A stretch of 47,657 nt of DNA from Oscillospiraceae bacterium (GCA_029067025.1 JAIEFH010000041.1:1-47657), one strand, 5' to 3'; numbered from the stretch's first letter, positions 28,380 through 37,526 are shown. Made by a program: numbers and translations. The notes: generated by a model from the sequence alone, not told the origin.

Positions 28380-28690
28380 CATTACAGTAAGTCTGTGCAA
28401 GCCTTAGCAGTTCCGGTGTTGCGATTTGGAGGACCCGTTCCTTATTGCCTTTTCCATTAACTAACAAGCGAAGCTCGTCATTCTCGAGCAAGAACGTCTC
28501 TTTTGACAATGCACACAACTCCGATACCCGCAGGCCGGTACTGAATAGTAGCTCCAGCACCACAATATCCCGCAGGACATCTCGACGGTTCGGGGTATAG
28601 GCAGCATACGCGCTTTGTAAGAGGTCGTGGACGATTTGGTTGGGGATGATTCGCGGAAGCTGCTTGGGAGACTGAATTCGAATATATAGT
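28380..28690 (-). pseudogene. Tyrosine recombinase (XerC/D-like) internal fragment
   Basis: PKQLPR, RDIVVLELLFSTGLRVSELCAL, GKGNKER; lacks N-terminus and HxxR/Tyr. Confidence 0.82.
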
Positions 28691-28771
28691 TTATTCTGTT
28701 GTGAACTGTCCATGATTCAAGCAAAGATTCGAAATGTTATTGCTAGCATGTTTTGTCTGATCTGGTCACCC

Positions 28772-28865
28772 CTACAAGAATACCTAGACTCCTATAACCA
28801 TAGAAGATCACACGGCGGCATTGGGGGTCAAACTCCAGCTCAGGCCGAAGAAACATATTACAAAA
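28772..28865 (+). pseudogene. IS3-family transposase C-terminal fragment
   Basis: EYLDSYNHRRSHGGIGGQTP (YNxxRxHxxLxxxTP). Confidence 0.65.
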
Positions 28866-29022
28866 ATAAAGCACAGCCAGCGCTTCTGCTTGTTGACTGC
28901 GTTCCTTTTGCGGGTATAAATAATGTGTGACTGACTTTGAAATGCTAATCAACATTCCAAAAAATCGGCCACACATCAGAAGCCCGAAGGTCACAGTTTT
29001 CGGAGAAAGGAGCACAATCAAA

Positions 29023-29319
29023 ATGGAGAACAATTTTGAGCAATATGGGATGCTGCTGGAAAGTGCATCCGAGACAGCGGAAGCCTGCCTGGACATGGAG
29101 AGCGGTGCATTTTTCCTGGCCTGGGCCGGAGAACTGATTCAGGATCTGGGGGGCAAAGGTTACTGCCGAAGCGCCCGTTTGGCAGCTCAAAAACTGTGCG
29201 AAGCGGTTGGCGTTGACTGGGTGTGGACGGAATGCGATGAGTTGGAGCTGCCGGAAAAACAGGCGTGGTTGAGTTTGTTCACTGAGGCTTTAATGGATCA
29301 CGTAATAACAGCTGCATAA
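29023..29319 (+). CDS. Hypothetical protein
   Basis: AAAGGAG RBS before ATG 29023; no recognised motif. Confidence 0.55.
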   Translation: MENNFEQYGMLLESASETAEACLDMESGAFFLAWAGELIQDLGGKGYCRSARLAAQKLCEAVGVDWVWTECDELELPEKQAWLSLFTEALMDHVITAA

Positions 29320-29506
29320 GTAGTTTTAGGGCTGCTCTCTACCCAATATTAAAATTTTTCGTTCCCAGCATCGCGCGTAGTGCAATGCTGGGGTATAACT
29401 TAGCTAGGAGCAGTAAGAAGAAAACGGCTCTATGCAAGATAAAAGCAGTGGATTTTTGGTGCAGACTGTGGTAGAATGCAAATATAGAGATAGGAGAGTT
29501 GCTGAT

Positions 29507-30464
29507 ATGGAGACGAATACCCCCCATCGCAGAGGATCTGCACATCACTGACGACAACGCTAAACTTGACATCTCCTGTAAGCGGCTTTTGTCTGAGAAA
29601 AGTATTCTGGCCTGGATCATGAAAAGCCGCCTGGAGGAATACCGTAACTGTGATGTGAGAGACATTGCGGAACAGTATATCGAGGGACAGCCTGAAGTGG
29701 GCGTGGTGCCTGTTGCGCCGGACGAGACCAACGCGGCAAGGATTCGGGGCCTCCAAAATGAGGACTCCTCTCTTACAGAAGGAACCGTAACCTATGATAT
29801 CCGCTTTCTGGCGTTGGCTCCAGTCTCCGGCGAACTAATCCAGATGATTGTAAATGTGGAGGCGCAGAACCGCTTTGACCCTGGCTATCCGCTGATTAAG
29901 CGGGGCATATACTATTGCAGCCGGATGATCTCCGCGCAGTATGGAACGGAATTCACCCATGCCCAATATCAGAAGATTAAGAAGGTCTACAGTATCTGGG
30001 TATGTATGGCTCCACCGGAGGAACGGCGCAATAGTATCACCCGATACCGGCTGGTAGAAGAAAATCTGATCGGTACTGTACAGGAACAGACCAGAGATTA
30101 TGACCTGCTGAGTGTGGTCATGTTGTGCTTGGGCGGCGCTGACGGAGAAAACTATGACGGGATCCTGAAGCTGCTGGATGTACTTCTCTCCTCAGAGGCT
30201 GGAGAAGCGGAAAAGAAACGGATACTTCAGAATGATTTTGATATTCCTATGACGCAGACACTGGAATTGGAGGTGCAGGCTATGTGCAATTTGAGTCAGG
30301 GTGTAGAAGAAAGGGGCCGTGTCAAGGGCCGCGCCGAGGAACGGCTATCCGCAATCCGGAATCTCATGGCCAGCATGGGTTGGTCAGTAGAGCAGGCTAT
30401 GGACGCTCTGCGGGTGCCGGAGGCGGAGCGTCAGAAGTATGCCATTTTGCTCCAGGAGCAGTAA
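29507..30464 (+). CDS. Rpn/PD-(D/E)XK nuclease family putative transposase; probable frameshift in C6 run at 29520-29525
   Basis: DISCKRLLSEK, YDIRF, NVEAQ, RGIYYCSRMISAQ, KKVYSIWVC, MCNLSQGVEE. Confidence 0.82.
30282..30464 (+). CDS. Putative intragenic small product (RpnS-like antitoxin), in frame with Rpn
   Basis: GGAGGTG 30269-30275, 6 nt before in-frame ATG 30282. Confidence 0.6.
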   Translation: MCNLSQGVEERGRVKGRAEERLSAIRNLMASMGWSVEQAMDALRVPEAERQKYAILLQEQ

Positions 30465-30517
30465 AAAAGAATGTTCATGTAGAGAGCCGAAGGGGCGGAT
30501 CGAGACCTATACTGTTT

Positions 30518-30563
30518 ATCGCCCATGGGCAGTCAAAATCCCGGCTGTCCATGGGCGATTTTT
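30518..30563 (+). terminator. Terminator hairpin
   Basis: ATCGCCCATGGGCAG...CTGTCCATGGGCGAT plus TTTT. Confidence 0.75.
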
Positions 30564-30657
30564 ACATTATCCCCGGAGATCGAAGGTCTTTAAGCCAGCA
30601 AACCCGCAGTTAAGCCGTTGACTTGTGCGTCGATTGTGCTGTTCAAAGTCCCGTGCT

Positions 30658-31026
30658 CTATAATCTATCTTTGATGGCAAAAAGGAGATGCCGATTTTCT
30701 CGAATCGTCTTTTTAACAGCCAAGACCACTTCCAATAGGATGCGCTTCTCGTACTCGCTGCAGTCATAGATGATTGCAGAAAACTCATGGTTGGACACCT
30801 TGATCGTATTCTCGATACTGTCCATCAGGAGTTCGTCGGCGGAAACCTGGAGCGCATTTGCAACGGACACGAAAGTGTCAAGGCTCATGCATTTCAGTCC
30901 GCCCTCAATGTAGCTAACGTAGGTCGGAGATCGATTTATGCTCTCCGATAGTTTCTGTTGAGAGAGTCCGCGGTGCTTTCTGATCTCTCCAACCCGTTTG
31001 CCGATTTGAACAAGGTTAAGTGCCAT
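30658..31026 (-). CDS. XRE/Cro-CI family HTH regulator
   Basis: IGKRVGEIRKHRGLSQQKLSE...YVSYIEGG...VANALQVSADELL; GGAGG RBS. Confidence 0.9.
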   Translation of the reverse strand: MALNLVQIGKRVGEIRKHRGLSQQKLSESINRSPTYVSYIEGGLKCMSLDTFVSVANALQVSADELLMDSIENTIKVSNHEFSAIIYDCSEYEKRILLEVVLAVKKTIRENRHLLFAIKDRL

Positions 31027-31287
31027 AATAAAACCTCCAAAATAATTTGTCGGTTCAATCATAGCGTGAAGGCAATATATTCGTTTTGACGTGATATAAA
31101 AACAACCCGCAGGCAATAAGCGATCCATGCACTCCCCAAAACCAACAACGATTTTTAACAGGCTAGCCGCTATGTCTGGCCTGTTTTTTCGCTTTTCATA
31201 AACTGAGAGTCATTGCCATGACCCTCGGTTTATTCTATTTTTCGTCTCCAATCGATATAATACTGCTATCATGATGCCGCACTGGAG

Positions 31288-31923
31288 GTGCAAGCAGTGT
31301 CCGAAGAGCATGAGGTGTTCAACAAACTTGCCGAGGCTGAAATTACCCCAGATTTCTCAGGTCCCTTTATAGAGAACTACGAGGTGGATCAGCAGCTTGT
31401 TGAGCATAAGGCGTGGCTCAAAACCATCCGACATGAACAGCCAAGTCCAAAGCTCCACTTTCGTGTCGGCATCTATATCCGCTATTACAACCAGACGAAA
31501 CACGTCAACTATCTTGAATACCACATACGACAGTACAAAGACACGATGGCGCTCTGCCCGAATTGGGAACTCGTGGATTTTTATATCGATGAAGGTTCCT
31601 CGGTACCGAATATGGAAAGCGCCAAGGAGTGGTGCAGGCTACTGAGCGATTGCTTCGGCGGTAAGGTCGATTTGATCATTACGCAGAAGGTTTCCAATGT
31701 CTCGAAAAAGCATTATGAGATCACGATTCTTGCCAGAGTGCTGGCCGCCTTGGACAAACCGGTCGGGATTTATTTTGTGTCTGAAAATATCTTTACGCTT
31801 GCTTCCTATTATCAGCACGATATGCGAGATAAGGTATTCTTTCCTTCTGAGAATTGGAAGGTGCTGCCCGATGACAAAGCGGAAGAACAACTTCTTCTGT
31901 CAGGCGGTGATTTTGATGCTTGA
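31288..31923 (+). CDS. Resolvase-fold protein lacking the catalytic serine motif
   Basis: VGIYIRYYN (vs YxRVS), NWELVDFYIDEG, GKVDLIITQKVSN, PVGIYFVSENI colinear with the next gene's catalytic domain. Confidence 0.75.
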   Translation: MQAVSEEHEVFNKLAEAEITPDFSGPFIENYEVDQQLVEHKAWLKTIRHEQPSPKLHFRVGIYIRYYNQTKHVNYLEYHIRQYKDTMALCPNWELVDFYIDEGSSVPNMESAKEWCRLLSDCFGGKVDLIITQKVSNVSKKHYEITILARVLAALDKPVGIYFVSENIFTLASYYQHDMRDKVFFPSENWKVLPDDKAEEQLLLSGGDFDA

Positions 31924-33814
31924 TACTGAGAGCAAACGGCGCAAAGAACATCAGAAAGAGAAAGTCAAAAAAAGGTATAACGTAACAATTGATCCCGAGA
32001 ATTATCTGTTTATTCCCGCAAAAAAGCAAGCGGATTACTACGATAACGATGTGAATCAGCGGATTGCCATCTATGTCCGTGTCTCAACTGACGATGTCAG
32101 GCAGACCACTTCGTATGAATTACAGAAGAAGTACTATGAAGAATTCGTCACCCGACACCCCAATTGGACGCTGGTCAAGATCTACGCCGATGAGGGAATC
32201 AGCGGAACTTCTCTTAAGCACAGAGACGAATTCAACCGAATGATTGCTGACTGCAGGTCTGGCAAGATTGATATGATCATCACGAAGAGCGTTTCCCGTT
32301 TTGCGAGAAACGTGGAGGATTTTATTGGCACAGTCAGAAGCCTTGCTGAACTCAGGCCCCGTGTTGGCGTTTTCTTTGAGTCTGAGGCGATTTTCTCGCT
32401 GAATGATGATTCTCAAATGGCACTCACTTTCCAGGCAACAATGGCTGAAGAGGAATCCCACACCCGAAGCCGGAGCATGGAGACATCTTTGCGGATGAGA
32501 CTTGACCACGGTATTCCGCTCACGCCGAAGTTGTTCGGATATACGCACGATGAGGAAGGCAAATTGCAAGTCAATCCGAACGAAGCGCCGACTGTCAAGC
32601 TCATGTTCTATATGTACCTTTATGGATACTCAACACAACAGATCGCGGATACCCTTATAGAGCGGGAACGCCGATCATACTTTGGTAAGCTTTGCTGGAC
32701 TGCAAGCGGGGTCGTGTCGGTTCTCCGCAATGAACGGCACTGCGGAGATGTGCTTACCCGAAAGACCTATACAGAAAATTATCGCACTCATCGCACCCTG
32801 AAAAATTACGGCGAGAAACCCCAGAGCTGGTACTTCAATCATCACGCTGCGATCGTTTCCCGTGACGACTTCAACGCCGTTCAGCGGATGTTGGATAACG
32901 CAAAGTATGGCAACAAGTCTATCCTTCCAGAACTTAGAGTCATAGATAGCGGAATCCTAAAAGGGTTTGTATCAATCAATCCCCGTTGGGCAGGTTTCAA
33001 AGAAGCAGACTACATGGGTGCTTCACGCAGTGTTTACGCCGAGCTTGGCGAAGATGCGACTGTCTCGCCTGAACCGGAGGAAATTACATTCTCGGTCACA
33101 GCCGGCGATTTTGATCTGCGTGGATTTGAGATCACACGCACGGAGTTTTTGGGAACGTCCAGCAATCCTTTTGTGACGTTTGCTGACCGAACAATCAAGT
33201 TCAGCGCAGAATGTATTAAAAAATTCGCCGCTAAGAACTATGTTGAGCTCCTGATAAATCCTGTGGAAATGAAATTTGCGGTCAGGCCGACCAACCCTGC
33301 CAACCGAAACGGAGTTCTTATCTCCAAAACCTATGAGGGGAAACAAAAGCCGAGGGAAATTCCGTCCGCGGCCTTCAGTGCTACGGTTTTCTCTCTGTTC
33401 GGGTGGAGTACCGGCTGCAAATATCGGATGCTCGGCGTACTCTGTGAAGGTGAAGGCGAGTTTGCCTATATTTTTGATGTGAAAGACTCCGAAGCATTCT
33501 TTAAGTCATATATCCTTCCCACAAGGAATTCGGATGAAGCCGAAGTAAGCACTGTCCAACCGCTTACCTCCATTGGGAAACACATCCGTGCGATTCCAGC
33601 TCAATGGACAAGCACTTTTGGGAAGGAATTCTATTTACACGAACAGCCTCTTTCCGCGCTTGCAAGTATGACAAAATCAGATTGGGAACTGCGCATGAAA
33701 GGGCAGCTTTTTGAAACGGGGAAAAAGCTGAACGTGACAGGTTTTGATGAACTGAAGCGGTATATCATGAGTGAATTGGGTGGCGTTATGCCCCAGGAGG
33801 CAAGTAATGGATAA
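31916..33814 (+). CDS. Large serine recombinase with atypical C-terminal domain
   Basis: IAIYVRVSTDD, YADEGISGT, ITKSVSRFARN, LFGY, VLRNERHCGD, HAAIVSRDDFNAVQ. Confidence 0.92.
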   Translation: MLDTESKRRKEHQKEKVKKRYNVTIDPENYLFIPAKKQADYYDNDVNQRIAIYVRVSTDDVRQTTSYELQKKYYEEFVTRHPNWTLVKIYADEGISGTSLKHRDEFNRMIADCRSGKIDMIITKSVSRFARNVEDFIGTVRSLAELRPRVGVFFESEAIFSLNDDSQMALTFQATMAEEESHTRSRSMETSLRMRLDHGIPLTPKLFGYTHDEEGKLQVNPNEAPTVKLMFYMYLYGYSTQQIADTLIERERRSYFGKLCWTASGVVSVLRNERHCGDVLTRKTYTENYRTHRTLKNYGEKPQSWYFNHHAAIVSRDDFNAVQRMLDNAKYGNKSILPELRVIDSGILKGFVSINPRWAGFKEADYMGASRSVYAELGEDATVSPEPEEITFSVTAGDFDLRGFEITRTEFLGTSSNPFVTFADRTIKFSAECIKKFAAKNYVELLINPVEMKFAVRPTNPANRNGVLISKTYEGKQKPREIPSAAFSATVFSLFGWSTGCKYRMLGVLCEGEGEFAYIFDVKDSEAFFKSYILPTRNSDEAEVSTVQPLTSIGKHIRAIPAQWTSTFGKEFYLHEQPLSALASMTKSDWELRMKGQLFETGKKLNVTGFDELKRYIMSELGGVMPQEASNG

Positions 33815-34556
33815 ATGGAACGAAGAAAACCGCTTGGGGCGGCATTCCGTGGTAGTTTATCAAGCGGAGACGGGTACTCAAGAGGGTACTGATGCTCCGC
33901 TCCTTGAAAAAGGTGATGAAATCATTGACATGGGAGATGATTTCGATTTTGACGGGTTTCAGGTTGTGCGCAGAGAGTTCTTTGCGCATTTATCTGAACC
34001 GGCAGTCACATTTAACAACTGCAAGTTCTATGTGAACAGTGCCTGTTTGAACAAATTTCCTGACACAAATCATGTGCAAGTGCTTGTCAATCAGAATACC
34101 AGGATCATGGCGCTGCGCCCGTGTGCTGAAAATGCACGGGACTCTTTTGCCTGGTGCAGCGCGTCCAAAGGGAAAAGAAAGCCGAAGCAGACCACTTGCA
34201 AATTGTTCTTTGCAAAGATCGTCTCTATGATGGACTGGAATCCGGATTACCGGTATAAGCTGCTTGGAAGGTTGATTCATGCGAATGGCGAGTACATGAT
34301 TGCTTTCGATCTTACCGCTACTGAGGTTTATCAGCGGACGCTTACCGAGGGAGCCAAACCCAAAAACTCGAGAACACCGGTCTTTCCTGCTGGATGGCAG
34401 GATCAGTTCGGTCTGCCGTACAAAGAGCACCAGCAGTCTATGCAGATCAATATCTTTGATGGGTATGCAATCTACTCAATCAAAGATTCGTCCCCATCCG
34501 GGCCGCCAGACACCGCTGAGCGGGAAGATACTGCACAACAGATGTCTCTTCATTAA
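33807..34556 (+). CDS. Hypothetical protein paralogous to the recombinase C-terminal domain
   Basis: AGGAGG RBS; gap-free visual alignment over about 130 aa with the LSR C-terminus. Confidence 0.85.
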   Translation: MDKWNEENRLGRHSVVVYQAETGTQEGTDAPLLEKGDEIIDMGDDFDFDGFQVVRREFFAHLSEPAVTFNNCKFYVNSACLNKFPDTNHVQVLVNQNTRIMALRPCAENARDSFAWCSASKGKRKPKQTTCKLFFAKIVSMMDWNPDYRYKLLGRLIHANGEYMIAFDLTATEVYQRTLTEGAKPKNSRTPVFPAGWQDQFGLPYKEHQQSMQINIFDGYAIYSIKDSSPSGPPDTAEREDTAQQMSLH

Positions 34557-34577
34557 TTGCCAGTGGAGGTGTAACTG

Positions 34578-34952
34578 ATGACCGAAGTCTTTAGTACCGC
34601 AGTTACAATGGCAGTCGACACAAAAAAATATGGCATCCGTATTCACAAAGTTTTGTTTCGTCAGCTTGGTGAGCCAAGACATATTCAACTTCTTGTGAAT
34701 CCGGATGAAGGCGTTGTTGCGATTCGGACAGTCGAGAAAGAAATGTCCGGCGGTCAGACACATCGCATCATAGAGAAGCGTATGCAGTCGGAAAGCTCCT
34801 ACGAGATATACAGCCGCCTCTTTATTCGAAAACTCCGCGAGGTGGAACCGAATATCGAAGACGGCTGTTCATACCGTTTGAGCGGTAGCATAATTCCACC
34901 TTTGAAAACCGCCGTTTTCTCTTTAAGAACGATGCAACGTATGGATCGTTAG
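34578..34952 (+). CDS. Hypothetical protein, distant third paralogue of the same domain
   Basis: GGAGGTG RBS; IQLLVNPDEGVVAIR and YRLSG motifs. Confidence 0.8.
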   Translation: MTEVFSTAVTMAVDTKKYGIRIHKVLFRQLGEPRHIQLLVNPDEGVVAIRTVEKEMSGGQTHRIIEKRMQSESSYEIYSRLFIRKLREVEPNIEDGCSYRLSGSIIPPLKTAVFSLRTMQRMDR

Positions 34953-34960
34953 GGGGCATT

Positions 34961-35908
34961 ATGGAAGAAAAAAGTCTTAGGATTCTGAAAATAGATCCGC
35001 AATTCAAAAACCTGATCCGACCCCTTCGTAAGAGAGAATATCTGCAGTTGGAGGAAAACCTTCTTGCCGATGGCTGTCGTAATCCACTTATTGTCTGGAA
35101 TGGATTCCTCGTTGACGGACATAACCGCTATGAGATTTGTACTCGACACCAAATTCCTTTTACAAGCATTGAAATGGACTTTGCTTGTCGGGAGGAGGCT
35201 GTTGCATGGATTTGCGCCAATCAGCTTGGTAGAAAGAACATATCCGAGGAGACTCGAAGGTTTCTTATTGGAAAACAGTATGAAGCTGAAAAGCTGGCGT
35301 CCAAAATCAAGAATCCAAGGGGATTGAATCAGTACTCAGCGGGCAAACCGAATTCTGAAGTGGCCCCCGTTCCAAAGGAGTATTCACGGCATCATGCAGC
35401 AGCAAGAATTGCAAAAGAGAACCGTATTTCCCGAGGGAGCGTAGAGAAATACGCCATCTATTCCAGAGCCATTGATGTCCTGACGGAGAAGGAACCGGAG
35501 ATCGTTCCGAAAATACTTTCAGGGCAGTACAAAATCGCGCACAAAAATGTTGTGGAGCTCTCAAAACTGAGTCCGCATGAAATCAAAAAAGTCGAGCAAA
35601 AAATTCAGAAAATGCAGCAGCCCTTTGTCCAGTACAACAAAATACAAAATGTGATAAGCTCGGCCACAAAAGGCACAAAAGAGAACGTGATCGCTCCTTC
35701 CGTGAAGGATATGCCTGCATTCGATCCCGATGCCGATATAACGGGGCTTACATTGACCATTCCTTCCTGGTCAAGCTCCATTAACCGAGTCCGCATGAAA
35801 ACCGATCTTTCAATCATCTCGCCTGCGGCACGGAATGGTCTTGTCCACGAATTGCACTCACTGATCAATTATATAAAAGAGTTGTTGTCCGCAATCGAGG
35901 AGGACTAA
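34961..35908 (+). CDS. ParB/Srx-like N-terminal domain protein with HTH
   Basis: LKIDPQFKNLI, GCRNPLIVW, LVDGHNRYEIC, NQLGRKN, RIAKENRISRGSV. Confidence 0.8.
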   Translation: MEEKSLRILKIDPQFKNLIRPLRKREYLQLEENLLADGCRNPLIVWNGFLVDGHNRYEICTRHQIPFTSIEMDFACREEAVAWICANQLGRKNISEETRRFLIGKQYEAEKLASKIKNPRGLNQYSAGKPNSEVAPVPKEYSRHHAAARIAKENRISRGSVEKYAIYSRAIDVLTEKEPEIVPKILSGQYKIAHKNVVELSKLSPHEIKKVEQKIQKMQQPFVQYNKIQNVISSATKGTKENVIAPSVKDMPAFDPDADITGLTLTIPSWSSSINRVRMKTDLSIISPAARNGLVHELHSLINYIKELLSAIEED

Positions 35909-36787
35909 ATGGAAGATTTTAGCTTGTTTGTCCCCAATGTTCACTTTGAAAAGATTCCAATTAAAAACCTGGTATCCAATCAGAAGTATCAGCGGAATCT
36001 ATCTCAAAGCCATATTACAAGAGCAGCTGCCAATTTTGATCTGTATCAAATCAACCCAGTGAAGGTCAGCCGCCGTGGTGGAGTCAATTATGTATTTAAC
36101 GGTCAACATACCATTGAGATCATGGCCCTGGTATCCGGTTCTCGTGACACTCCCGTATGGTGTATGATTTATGATGATCTTGTCTATGAGCATGAGGCAG
36201 ATATCTTTGCCAATCAGCAAAAGTTTGTAAAACCGTTGCAGCCTTATGAAGTGTTCATGGCAAACATAGAGGCAGGTAACGACGACCAGCTTATTATCCG
36301 TGATCTCGTGGAATCGTATGGACTGTCTATCGGTATACGAAAGGCCCCATGCGTCATCTGTGCCGTCTCCACACTTGAATTGATATATCAAAAGTACGGT
36401 TATCATGTTCTGAGCCGTGTTCTACGCCTGTGTGTAGGCACCTGGGAGGGAGACATGAATTCCTTTTCGGCAAATATTATAAATGGCATTACAAAGTTGA
36501 TTTCTGTGTTCGGTGATCAACTCAACGACGAGGTATTCAAGGAGAAAATCGGCGCCATCTCAATAAAGCAACTTGTTCGCACAGCCAAAGAGCGATGTGC
36601 CGGCTCTATGGGTTATGCTGAAGCCATGTTGATTGAATACAATGGGAAGAAGAAAAACCCTGCTCAGAGACTTTCCATCAACAAACTGCATGCACGTGAG
36701 TCATCTATTTTTTCGGGCCTGGAGGATTCTGTTCATATAGATGATGATTTAGATAGTGACAATAACATTGAGGAGCCCAATTCCTGA
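35909..36787 (+). CDS. ParB-fold protein (DUF6551-like; DGQHR/DndB-like motifs)
   Basis: YQRNLS, PVKVSRR, VFNGQHT, EADIFANQ. Confidence 0.72.
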   Translation: MEDFSLFVPNVHFEKIPIKNLVSNQKYQRNLSQSHITRAAANFDLYQINPVKVSRRGGVNYVFNGQHTIEIMALVSGSRDTPVWCMIYDDLVYEHEADIFANQQKFVKPLQPYEVFMANIEAGNDDQLIIRDLVESYGLSIGIRKAPCVICAVSTLELIYQKYGYHVLSRVLRLCVGTWEGDMNSFSANIINGITKLISVFGDQLNDEVFKEKIGAISIKQLVRTAKERCAGSMGYAEAMLIEYNGKKKNPAQRLSINKLHARESSIFSGLEDSVHIDDDLDSDNNIEEPNS

Positions 36788-36925
36788 GTGAATCAGCGTC
36801 TCAATGTCATATCCGCCGCCGAAGATAGCCTTTTCCATGGAATAAGGTTTTCCTTAAAATATTGGCGCAACCTCATACAAAATACTTCAAAAACGGATTG
36901 GGATTTGAGTATAACATATATCGGC

Positions 36926-36970
36926 TTTTTTGCCGTCAGCATCGCACTTTGTGTGATGCTGACGGCAAAA
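36926..36970. terminator. Long bidirectional hairpin closing the recombinase operon
   Basis: TTTTGCCGTCAGCATCGCAC-ttt-GTGTGATGCTGACGGCAAAA, 20-bp stem with one G-T pair. Confidence 0.82.
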
Positions 36971-37341
36971 GCAGTGATTCGATCCCATCTATCTCCATCA
37001 AAATGTGTCATAACCTGATGTTTTCAATAAAAACAAGAAGAAAATGAACAGGTTTCCAAAATAGGAGGTGTGATTTCGGAATTATGCTCTGGAGATGCAA
37101 ATCTAGGCAACAGCCGTGGGTTTTAGAGGCACTCAACATCGAAAAATCGTGCCAGGGACTCGAACTCCCCCGCACTCAAACTGTCCCCAGTATGCTGAAA
37201 CTCTGGCAGACTGCAGGCGGTTTTGCATTTTCCCGGCAGGCTGTTCCATTTGGTACTTATGCTTCGTCTGTGCGCCATTCCTTGGTGGTTGTGGTAATAG
37301 CTTTATCATCAGTTTTCGTCTATACTGGGGTCACAATCAAA

Positions 37342-37520
37342 GGAAAGGAATTGTTGACCCCAGATGAAGTGCGCGCTCTGGACAACCGATACGCCATTCT
37401 CTTCATCCGGGTCGCGAAACCCGTCATGGATCTGAAGTATGAACTGATGAGCCACCCCGCCATCCACCACACCTCGGACGGCGGCGGGCCGCCCTACATC
37501 CATCACCCGCCACCCCTGCC
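37342..37520 (+). pseudogene. VirD4/TraG coupling protein C-terminal fragment
   Basis: GKELLTPDEVRALDNRYAILFIR..KPVMDLKY. Confidence 0.75.
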
Positions 37521-37526
37521 GGGGAC

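Noticed and set aside
31697-31915. 73-aa N-terminal extension of the serine recombinase (705-aa ORF call)
   Set aside because: It overlaps the upstream resolvase-like gene in another frame; ATG 31916 with GGCGGTGA and stop/start coupling is more plausible.
37150-37172. GGGAGTTCGAGTCCC on the minus strand as a tRNA T-arm or att site for the serine recombinase module
   Set aside because: The T-stem does not pair properly and no acceptor strand or CCA follows; I found no convincing att repeats for the module by eye.
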